NCBI GenBank assembly: GCA_949514915.1
Contig: CATFLP010000067.1
Location: forward strand, 1-57,741
DNA length: 57,741 nt
Source: Methanobacteriota archaeon
Lineage (GTDB): Archaea; Thermoplasmatota; Poseidoniia; Poseidoniales; Poseidoniaceae
Reading direction: 5' to 3'
In this document: in pieces, positions 1-7,957 of the stretch
How the letters are laid out: each line of letters opens with the position of its first letter
How positions within the stretch are numbered: the first letter of the stretch is position 1
Notes under the pieces: generated by a model
Told to the model about the DNA's origin: nothing
Database searches by the model: none
Seen by the model: the letters and a program-made list of their open reading frames with translations, nothing else
Position numbers and translations under genes: made by a program

Positions 1-3000
1 CCTGCTAATTGAGGTATCATATCAAATGATTCACAAGGAACTAATTCTGAATTTCCACTGCTATCTTTGACAATCCTAACTAAATTTTTATCCAATAGCC
101 TTTGTTTATATTCTTCAGGTAATTCAGAAATAAAATTCTCTCCTGAAATTATTCTTTCGAAAGTATCTGACTCAAATACCTGATCTAATCCTGGCAAACC
201 TAAACTTATTCCACTAACTATATATGAATCTATTTTTCTTTCGTTCTCTACTGAAAATTGGCCATTTAGCATCTCTTTAGTCTCTACTTTCAATTTTTTG
301 ATTTTAATTGCATTAGCAGGTATTTCCTCAATACTTTCAATTAATTCTGAAATTGATTTGGCATCAAATAATGACTCTTTACATTTTGCTTGATTGAATA
401 TTTTTTCCTTTAATTCATTAACTGATTCAGTAGTCATTTTTAAATCATTAATTAAACTAACATTCCCTCTACATACAGAGCTAGGATATCCACAAAAATC
501 AGAACATATACTAGCAACCCAATCTTCTTTTGGCATTTGAGTAATTACTTCTTGTGAACTGATTTTTTCAGTTTTCACAACATTTAATGGTGCTGAAATT
601 GCCACTGCAGGTTTCTCTATTTTTCTTGATGCTTCGATAGGACCTGACCTGAATGCCATTGTATGTATTTCATCATTAAGTTGTGGCAACATTATTTTTT
701 GACCAAAAATAGCTAATTGTCCGAGTGAACAAAGAAATGATCTAATTCCTCCTTGTTTAGGGTGATTTGTCATTATTGAATTATGTTCATTTTCTGCTAA
801 TATTTGACCGCAAAACATTGTCAATGCTCTTTTTGGACCAACCTCAACAAACACCTTTGCTCCATCATCGTACATATTTTCAATTTGCCTTGTCCATTCT
901 ACTGGAGAAGACATCTGGGGTGCTAATTGAGGAAGTATTGTTTCTTTAACTGAAAAACCCTCTTCACAATTTGAGGGATAATATTCTCCATCATAATTCG
1001 AAGTGATTGGGATTTCTGGCAGATTTATTTCTAAGTTTTCTAAAAATCTTTTCAGGGGTTCATTTGCTGGTGCAACAATACGAGTATGAAAAGCATGACT
1101 TGTAGGAAGTAAAACACAACTGATTCCTAATTCTTCGAATTTTTTAATTGCACTATTAACTCCCTCCGTTTCTCCTGCTATCACTGTCATTAATGGTGAA
1201 TTTTTATTCGCTGGAATCACGTATCCTTCTAAATCATACAATACCTCTTCAATCTTATCGAATGGTGCTGTAATGCTTGCCATTAATCCTTTATCTGGAA
1301 CATCAACACTTCCCATCTCTGTTCCTCTTGCTGCTGCTGCTCTCAATGCATCATGAAATTGTAAAATTCCAGACACCATTAATGCTGCATATTCACCAAG
1401 GCTATGTCCAGCAACCATATCTGGTACTTGCCCGTGTTGTTCAAGCAATCTATGTAATGCTAAATCTGCTGTCAACATTGCTGGTTGAGTATATTCTGTT
1501 TGTTTTAATTTTGATTCAGCGGTTATTCTTTCATCTTTACTTAAATTTGATCTCAATACAAATTGAGATAATTTTTGGCCGTCCAAGATATCTACCATTG
1601 TTTTATCTGCTTCATCCCAAGTATCTCCAATGATTCCATATCTTAATGATAAATCATAAGTCATTCCTACATATTGTGAACCTTGACCAGGAAATAAATG
1701 TGCTATTTTCTCATCTTCATAAATTTCTCTTGCAGTAATAAATATGTCTTGACTGCTAAGGAAACCCCACTTACTTTCATCATCAATGTTTTCAAATGCT
1801 AAATCTAACTTTTTGATAATTCCATCCCATTCTGTTGCAATTATGGCGATTCTCAAACCTTTACATTCAAAATCATTAGATAAGGAGGTTAATTTATCAG
1901 ATAATCTAATTCCATCTGGTGAGTTATCGAAATTAAATTCAATAGCCGAAAGTTCAGACTTTATATTTTTGAGTTCTTGTTTAATTTCCTTGATGTCAGG
2001 AGCATTAATTAACAAAACTCCACCTTCAATTTCTTTAAGTTGATCCCATGTTAATGTGGGTGTATTTCCTTCAGAAGTAATTTCTCCAAATTCCAAATTA
2101 TTTTGCTGTATTAACTCTCCAGTATATGCTAACCATCTTTGGCTCCATTCGTTAGAAATCTCACTATGCAGTTCTTCATCATAAGACTCTAAAGCAATAT
2201 GAAAATTTGTACCTCCAAAACCGAATGCTGAAATACCTGCTCTTAATGGTGTTTTAGAATTAGAATTCCATTCCATTGATTCTATTGGTACAAAAAATGG
2301 GTTTTTATCCCAATCAACCGTTTCATTCGGTGTTTTAAATCCAGCACTTGGAGGTATTATTTGATTTGATAATGCTAATGTTGCCTTGAGTACTCCAGCA
2401 ATACCTGCTGCTGCTTTTAAATGCCCAATTTGACTTTTAATAGATCCTACAGCAACATTTTCTCCTGAAGGCAATCCTTCAAAGATATCATTCAAAGTAC
2501 CAAGTTCTGTTGCATCTCCTACTCTTGTTGAAGTTCCGTGTGCTTCAATTAATCCTACTGTTTCTATTGAATATCCAGCTTGCCTATAAGCCCGATTTAC
2601 TGCCTGAGCTTGTCCCCTTTTACTGGGTGCTGTAATTCCTTTCCCTCTTCCATCTGAACTTGCGCCAATACCCCTAATTACTGAATGGATTTTATCTCCA
2701 TCTGATATTGCATCAACTAATCTTTTCAATACAATTGCACCTGCTCCTTCACCCATTAAAAACCCATTTGCACGAGAATCAAAAGGTGTGGAATGTGTAG
2801 CAGATAAAGCACCAATTGCACTAAATTTAGCATAAGTTGCAGGATCCATTGTTCTGTCACTTGCACCTGCTATTGCCATGTCTACCTGTCTTAATTGTAA
2901 TAACCTGCAAGCATCAAGAATTGCAGCCATAGACGATGCACAAGCAGCATCAGTTGTGTAATTAGGGCCTTGTAGATCCAATAAATTTGCTACTCTACCT

Positions 3001-3584
3001 GCAACTACATTTGCTAATTCACCAGGCATAGTATCTTCATCAATTTTTGGAAGTCCTTTTGTGATTTCTTCTAAAAATTTCTCTTCATCTTGTAATCCTG
3101 ATTCTTTAGCAAGCCTTACTGTTCTACCAGCCCAAACCCTTTGATTTGATAAATTTCGATTCTCGCCACCCAATGCATTAGCAAAAATAACGCTCGTTTT
3201 ACCCCTCGGAGGTTCAACACATCCTTCCCCTAAATAGCCTGCATTCTCCAAAGCAGATGCTGAAACAGATACTGCCCATTGCTGACAAATATCTATTTGT
3301 GGTAAGGTTCCTGGTGGTTGGCGCCATCTTTTCCAATCAAATTCATATCCTTCAACAAAAGCTCCGATTTTAGAATATGTTTTATTCAAAGTTTTTTCTT
3401 CATTAAAAAAATCATTTAAATCCCATCTATCTTCAGGAACTTCCTTGAAGGATACATGCTTTGAAAGGATATTTTTCCATAATTCCTCAATATTAGGAGA
3501 GTCTGGCAAAATACAAGACATACCAATTATAGCAATTGGCTCAAATGGACCTTGTGAATCATTATCTTCTGAATTATTATCCAT
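1..3584 (-). CDS. Type I PKS / PUFA-synthase-like multidomain megasynthase (KS, AT, ACP-like domain, then a second KS-like domain begins); C-terminus runs off the left window edge
   Basis: The minus strand is open from ATG at 3584 to position 1, and the ORF track misses it because it is open-ended. Translation starts MDNNSEDNDSQGPFEPIAIIGMSCILPDS. KS motifs: TTDAACASS (Cys codon 2940-2942), EAHGTST, SQIGHLKAAAG. AT motifs: GQGSQYVGM, GHSLGEY (Ser codon 1401-1403), SHAFHT. ACP-like helix GYPSS..LINDLKMTTES lies at about 420-540. A second KS-type N-terminus, IVSGISLGLPG..FERIISGENFISELPEE, lies at about 60-230. Confidence 0.85.
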   Translation of the reverse strand, partial: MDNNSEDNDSQGPFEPIAIIGMSCILPDSPNIEELWKNILSKHVSFKEVPEDRWDLNDFFNEEKTLNKTYSKIGAFVEGYEFDWKRWRQPPGTLPQIDICQQWAVSVSASALENAGYLGEGCVEPPRGKTSVIFANALGGENRNLSNQRVWAGRTVRLAKESGLQDEEKFLEEITKGLPKIDEDTMPGELANVVAGRVANLLDLQGPNYTTDAACASSMAAILDACRLLQLRQVDMAIAGASDRTMDPATYAKFSAIGALSATHSTPFDSRANGFLMGEGAGAIVLKRLVDAISDGDKIHSVIRGIGASSDGRGKGITAPSKRGQAQAVNRAYRQAGYSIETVGLIEAHGTSTRVGDATELGTLNDIFEGLPSGENVAVGSIKSQIGHLKAAAGIAGVLKATLALSNQIIPPSAGFKTPNETVDWDKNPFFVPIESMEWNSNSKTPLRAGISAFGFGGTNFHIALESYDEELHSEISNEWSQRWLAYTGELIQQNNLEFGEITSEGNTPTLTWDQLKEIEGGVLLINAPDIKEIKQELKNIKSELSAIEFNFDNSPDGIRLSDKLTSLSNDFECKGLRIAIIATEWDGIIKKLDLAFENIDDESKWGFLSSQDIFITAREIYEDEKIAHLFPGQGSQYVGMTYDLSLRYGIIGDTWDEADKTMVDILDGQKLSQFVLRSNLSKDERITAESKLKQTEYTQPAMLTADLALHRLLEQHGQVPDMVAGHSLGEYAALMVSGILQFHDALRAAAARGTEMGSVDVPDKGLMASITAPFDKIEEVLYDLEGYVIPANKNSPLMTVIAGETEGVNSAIKKFEELGISCVLLPTSHAFHTRIVAPANEPLKRFLENLEINLPEIPITSNYDGEYYPSNCEEGFSVKETILPQLAPQMSSPVEWTRQIENMYDDGAKVFVEVGPKRALTMFCGQILAENEHNSIMTNHPKQGGIRSFLCSLGQLAIFGQKIMLPQLNDEIHTMAFRSGPIEASRKIEKPAVAISAPLNVVKTEKISSQEVITQMPKEDWVASICSDFCGYPSSVCRGNVSLINDLKMTTESVNELKEKIFNQAKCKESLFDAKSISELIESIEEIPANAIKIKKLKVETKEMLNGQFSVENERKIDSYIVSGISLGLPGLDQVFESDTFERIISGENFISELPEEYKQRLLDKNLVRIVKDSSGNSELVPCESFDMIPQLA

Positions 3585-4427
3585 TCACTCATCACCCATA
3601 ATTGAACCTGGAACCATTGTTGAAGAATAACCTGCATCAACATGGATACATTGTCCCGTTACTCCAGAAGATAAATCTGATGCTAACCATACAGTACATC
3701 CTGCAACATCGTCTTGGTTTACATTTCTTCTTAATGGTGAGTTTTCTTCCACATGATCCAATATTTTATCAAAACCAGGTATCCCTCCTGCTGCAATTGT
3801 CTTTATTGGTCCACTTGAAATTGCATTTAATCTATGTCCTTCAGGACCTAATTGACATGCTAATTCCCTTGTCCAACTTTCTAAAGCCGCTTTTGCAATA
3901 GACATTACTCCATAATTAGGAACATACCTTGTTGACGCTGCATATGTAAGAGTAATTGTTGATGAATTCTTATTTAGATAAGGCATTGCGTGCCTCATAA
4001 TTCTTTGTAATGAATTTGCTGAAATTGTTATTGCTGTATTTATTGCATCATCATCTACAAACAATATATGTCTATCAAAACATTCCCTAGGTGCAAACCC
4101 AATTGCATGCACCATTACATCAACTTTTAAATTAGGATTTTCCTTTCTAAATTCTGTAAAAAATTCAGCAGTGGTAGTATCGCTGGCTACATCAAGAGGA
4201 TAAAAGCCTGAAATTTCTGGAAGTTTATCTTTTAATTGAAAAACTCTAGACATGAATCTTTTCTGGTATCCTAAATACAATTTACATCCTGCTTGTGCTA
4301 ATCTCTGGCAAATTGCCCAAGCAATAGAATCCTCTGATGCTACACCAAAAACCAATGCTACTTTTCCTTCAAGACCTAGAATAAGTACACCCGATTGCAT
4401 GTATCGCAAAAACAAGTGTATGACCAT
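3585..4427 (-). CDS. fabI: Enoyl-[acyl-carrier-protein] reductase, FabI-type SDR
   Basis: Rossmann motif GKVALVFGVASEDSIAWAI and catalytic Y-x6-K in YVPNYGVMSIAKAAL. The stop codon (3585-3587) directly abuts the ATG (3584) of the megasynthase. The start may be 4427 or the internal ATG at 4400. Confidence 0.85.
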   Translation of the reverse strand: MVIHLFLRYMQSGVLILGLEGKVALVFGVASEDSIAWAICQRLAQAGCKLYLGYQKRFMSRVFQLKDKLPEISGFYPLDVASDTTTAEFFTEFRKENPNLKVDVMVHAIGFAPRECFDRHILFVDDDAINTAITISANSLQRIMRHAMPYLNKNSSTITLTYAASTRYVPNYGVMSIAKAALESWTRELACQLGPEGHRLNAISSGPIKTIAAGGIPGFDKILDHVEENSPLRRNVNQDDVAGCTVWLASDLSSGVTGQCIHVDAGYSSTMVPGSIMGDE

Positions 4428-4464
4428 TACTCATAACCAGCCTCTTAGGAAGCGAGTTCTATAC

Positions 4465-5364
4465 CTAATTTTTTTCTCCGTAAATCGCATTTGGTAAATC
4501 CTGATGCATAGTGAAAAAAAGTTCTTCATCAATTCCATTTTCTTCTGCTAAAGATGCCAATTGTTGAGTTCTTTTGGGTACTGTTTTAGGCCCTAAAACT
4601 GCACCAGGCCTTCTTGGATCGTCCATATAATCCGTCTCTAACATAAATCCATGATGAGTTGATTTGCAAGTTTCTATCAATGTTTTAATTCCATCTTTTC
4701 CAAGGTTAACACTAGGAGTTATTTTTCCAACCATTGATGCAGAAACATCTGCTGGTGCGAAATGCCTCACCAAATAGAATGGGTCAAGCCCCACACGATT
4801 TGCCATTTCTTCTAAATCTGCAAATGTTTGATTACCATTTTCCTCCATATGTAATTGCAAAGGAATTTTTTCAGTCCTAGCTAATTTCATAGTTTCTTCA
4901 AGTAATTGATTTGACAAATCAAAAACTTCCTTTGGTGCGTCCCAATGAGGCCTGCCTACTTCACCTATAGCAACTGCCTTGCCTTCATGAATAAATTCAA
5001 GTGCTGCTTCTATACTATCATTATAATTCTCAATTGCTCTTTGAGCTCCTTTCTCTCCTTGATCACTAAACCAAGTCTCAAATTGGTGAGCAAATGCTGC
5101 AGGATGAGGCCCTAAAACAACCCTGACATCTATACCAACATTTTCTCTAACTTGTTCTGCCATTAATATAGTATCAAAATAAGCTTTCTTATGCTCATTT
5201 AATGTTACAGGTGGTGATTGGAAATTTGGACAATGGACTAAAATTAATCCTGTGCCACCTGCATTTTTAAAATCATTAGCTGCAGATAAAAAAAGACCAT
5301 TTCTATTGAGGTGGAAATGATTATCAATTATCGGCCCTGTCCATTTGCCATCAATCAAAGACAT
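4465..5364 (-). CDS. TatD-family metal-dependent hydrolase
   Basis: 299 aa with the N-terminal DNHFHL motif. Later segments AIGEVGRPHW, LQLHMEE, LVRHF and LETDYMD match the TatD/amidohydrolase metal-ligand pattern. Confidence 0.65.
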   Translation of the reverse strand: MSLIDGKWTGPIIDNHFHLNRNGLFLSAANDFKNAGGTGLILVHCPNFQSPPVTLNEHKKAYFDTILMAEQVRENVGIDVRVVLGPHPAAFAHQFETWFSDQGEKGAQRAIENYNDSIEAALEFIHEGKAVAIGEVGRPHWDAPKEVFDLSNQLLEETMKLARTEKIPLQLHMEENGNQTFADLEEMANRVGLDPFYLVRHFAPADVSASMVGKITPSVNLGKDGIKTLIETCKSTHHGFMLETDYMDDPRRPGAVLGPKTVPKRTQQLASLAEENGIDEELFFTMHQDLPNAIYGEKN

Positions 5365-5367
5365 AAA

Positions 5368-5922
5368 TCAATCAGCCTCAGAATCGGATTCAGATTCTAT
5401 CAAGATCTTTTCTTCGATTAGTCTTTCTTGCCAATATACTGCGGCCATTGCGACTAAATTTGCATGTGTTGCATTTTCTACAATCACCTTTCCATTATCC
5501 CAAACATACAAGATAATATTATGTCTTGAATCGTCAACTTTAACGCAATCTAAACGATCATCTTTTTCAGCATCTTTTCCTAACTTTTTCATTAATCTAG
5601 GCATATTTAATTGATTTGTAAATTTAAACGATGCTATTATTCCTCCAAGTTCTGCTTTAAGGCCATCATCAGATCTTCCTAATTGCAATAAAAATTCTTT
5701 AGCCGCGTGCCTAGCTACTTCCATCCTATTTGTTCCATGAATAACAATCCTGCCTTCTTTATCGACAATAATCGTTGCTCTTGGAGTAACTAAGGTATGT
5801 ACGGCATAATCATCTTGACGTATGGCCCCTAATTTACTAACAGCCACATCCAATTCCACTGGTTCAGGTGGAACAAATCTAATCAATTGATTCTCGACTC
5901 TAACTGTTGGTGGTTCGCTCAT
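5368..5922 (-). CDS. Highly divergent TBP-like (TATA-box-binding-protein fold) two-repeat protein with acidic C-terminal tail
   Basis: 184 aa built from two internal repeats. Repeat 1: VENQLIRF..LDVAVSKLG..ATIIVDKEGRIVIHGTNRMEVARHAAKEFLLQLG. Repeat 2: IIASFKF..MPRLMKKLG..IILYVWDNGKVIVENATHANLVAMAAVYWQERL. They parallel the archaeal TBP pattern ENIVAS..LD..(V/I)ALLIFSSGK(I/L)VxTGAKS..A, and the tail ESESDSEAD is acidic as in archaeal TBPs. ATG at 5922 overlaps the upstream stop (TGATG). The fold assignment is tentative. Confidence 0.4.
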   Translation of the reverse strand: MSEPPTVRVENQLIRFVPPEPVELDVAVSKLGAIRQDDYAVHTLVTPRATIIVDKEGRIVIHGTNRMEVARHAAKEFLLQLGRSDDGLKAELGGIIASFKFTNQLNMPRLMKKLGKDAEKDDRLDCVKVDDSRHNIILYVWDNGKVIVENATHANLVAMAAVYWQERLIEEKILIESESDSEAD

Positions 5923-6746
5923 CACTCTTCCTCATTTAATTCGGAAACGCTTTCAGTACATAACGGCATTTCTATTAATGGCATATTTTCTAACGCATTA
6001 ACCAAAGATGTCCTTTGTGCTAATGGGCATACAAGTAACAAAATAGGTTCTTCTATTCCTGAATTTCTCATTTCGGCTAATGCGCCTCTAATCCTCGAGG
6101 CATATCTTTTATCTCGAAGATTTCTTAGTTCTAAACTAATTGTATTTTCAATTCCAATCCACCATGCACTAGTAATTGCAGATGCTACCGCTAATTCTGA
6201 AGATTCATTAGGTGGCTTTTTTGTTATTTTCAACATTTTTGATAAGTTTTTACTAAATTTTCTCCCCGACCACAAATTTGAAAGTAATTTTAACGGTTTG
6301 GTGACCTCTATAGCATGCATCTCTAACCAATCACTCCAATCATCATCAGATAAAGGAGGTTCAATAAAAAATATGGGATTATTGCTTCTTATCGCATATT
6401 TATGCAATCTTCTTGGTTCTGGATCAGGAAATTTACATGTTTGTATTTCTTCAAGAATAGATAAGCCGCCTAACATTTTAGAAAAATCTCCACCTTGTGA
6501 TACCGCCCCTGTAAAATTAATACCTGGACTCTTTTTTTCTAAATCCTCTTCATGTTCCCACAATTCAATCTCTTCTTCTGAAACCATTAAACCTAAACCA
6601 GACCATTTTATTCTTGGACGCAAAGAACGAGGATAAACCACTGTAGGCAATACTCCATGAAAATATACAACCCCTCCATCAGGATCATTCCATTCAAAAT
6701 CTTCCCAGTCGAGATATGAATCTGGGAGGGGGGTGGCTCGACTCAT
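5922..6746 (-). CDS. Hypothetical protein (274 aa), translationally coupled to the TBP-like gene
   Basis: Long ORF with an ATG start and a 1-nt stop/start overlap with the downstream gene. No motif recognised. Confidence 0.6.
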   Translation of the reverse strand: MSRATPLPDSYLDWEDFEWNDPDGGVVYFHGVLPTVVYPRSLRPRIKWSGLGLMVSEEEIELWEHEEDLEKKSPGINFTGAVSQGGDFSKMLGGLSILEEIQTCKFPDPEPRRLHKYAIRSNNPIFFIEPPLSDDDWSDWLEMHAIEVTKPLKLLSNLWSGRKFSKNLSKMLKITKKPPNESSELAVASAITSAWWIGIENTISLELRNLRDKRYASRIRGALAEMRNSGIEEPILLLVCPLAQRTSLVNALENMPLIEMPLCTESVSELNEEE

Positions 6747-6826
6747 AAGGGTGCGTCAATCAACTTGTTGTTAATTCTCCGCGCGCTTTATTGATATGGG
6801 AGGGCTTTCAGGGACTGTTTGAGAAT

Positions 6827-7276
6827 ATGGAACCATATAGCACAGAACCTGTAATAATTATAGAAGAAGTATTTCCTCAAGATACAAACTCATATGGCAC
6901 ACTCTTCGGTGGAAGATTAATGTCATTAATGGATAAAGCAGCAGGAATAGTATGCTCAAAGTTTGCGCATAGGGAATTTGTTACTATCTCAATAGATACT
7001 CTTAAATTTTTAAGGCCTGCACATCAAGGTGATTTAATTGAAATTACATCAAAGGTGGTATTTACTTCTACTCATTCTGCTGCCTGTAGAGTTATTGCAA
7101 AAAGAATTAACAAATCAGATTGGAAAGGTGAAGATATTTGCACAGGGTATTTTTTCATGGTAGCTATAGATTCACAAATGAGGCCGATACCGATTCCCCA
7201 ATTTACTCCTGAATCAGATGAAGAAATGAAATTATGGAATGAAGCGAAATCAATACGTGAAGAAATGATTAAATGA
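6827..7276 (+). CDS. Acyl-CoA thioesterase (hotdog fold, YciA/ACOT type)
   Basis: The segment FPQDTNSYGTLFGGRLMSLMDKAAGIV..VTISIDTLKFLRPAHQGDLIEI is the typical acyl-CoA thioester hydrolase signature. ATG at 6827 is preferred over the TTG at 6791. Confidence 0.8.
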   Translation: MEPYSTEPVIIIEEVFPQDTNSYGTLFGGRLMSLMDKAAGIVCSKFAHREFVTISIDTLKFLRPAHQGDLIEITSKVVFTSTHSAACRVIAKRINKSDWKGEDICTGYFFMVAIDSQMRPIPIPQFTPESDEEMKLWNEAKSIREEMIK

Positions 7277-7342
7277 AGCATGCAATTAAAACTAATTTAA
7301 ATCTCGTTTAGATTAGTTCTAATTTAACTAAACTAATTAGGA

Positions 7343-7663
7343 TTAATCTTTTGCAATTGCTGGTCTATCAAGAAATAGTGGTTCTCCCTCAACCCAACCT
7401 GGGCAATTTTCTTCAACCCAAATTCTTGTAGCCCATTCACAAATGTCATATCCACCTGAAAGAATACCAGATCTTTTGATATAACCTACCTTTACAATGT
7501 CCTTATCTTTGGAAAGAACATTTCCTAATTGTTGGGAAGTAGTTCCATGCCTCATTGTACTATTAATATGTTCAAGGATCTCTGCTGTATTCCTTGGTCT
7601 GTCTTCTAAATATTTCTTTATTTTTTCTCTTATTCTTACTGTTTTCATCTTAGTCACATCCAT
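7343..7663 (-). CDS. Small winged-helix-like DNA-binding protein (106 aa)
   Basis: IREKIKKYLEDRPRNTAEILEHIN...TSQQLGNVLSKDKDIVKVG resembles a wHTH. It is divergent from a second wHTH gene across a 294-bp AT-rich spacer. Confidence 0.5.
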   Translation of the reverse strand: MDVTKMKTVRIREKIKKYLEDRPRNTAEILEHINSTMRHGTTSQQLGNVLSKDKDIVKVGYIKRSGILSGGYDICEWATRIWVEENCPGWVEGEPLFLDRPAIAKD

Positions 7664-7957
7664 TCAATTCCGCATTGAGTCTTCGGATAATAGGAAGGAT
7701 GGGAGATTGTCATATAACTGTTGTCTTTGATTCGGTAACTTTGTTACACTAAAAACCAAAAATTTGTTCTTTTTTGAAAACGTTTTTAATTAATTTAACA
7801 CGGCGGAGTGTTCTCCACAAGAAATGTGTAACTTAATGTAACAAAAATCATATTTTAATATTAATAATTTAATTAGTAGTATTTGTCATCCCTCAATTGG
7901 TGACAAAACCTGCCAACAAAAATCCGCAGTGGATATCAAAAAAGAGTTCTTGATTGG

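Noticed and set aside
5887-6636. 249-aa plus-strand ORF
   Set aside because: It lies entirely antisense to the 274-aa minus-strand gene. Its composition is Ser/Leu/Ile-rich and low-complexity, with no motif. It is treated as a shadow ORF. The same reasoning applies to 1277-1633, 1786-2043, 3602-3901, 9280-9792, 28325-28954 and 31401-31796.
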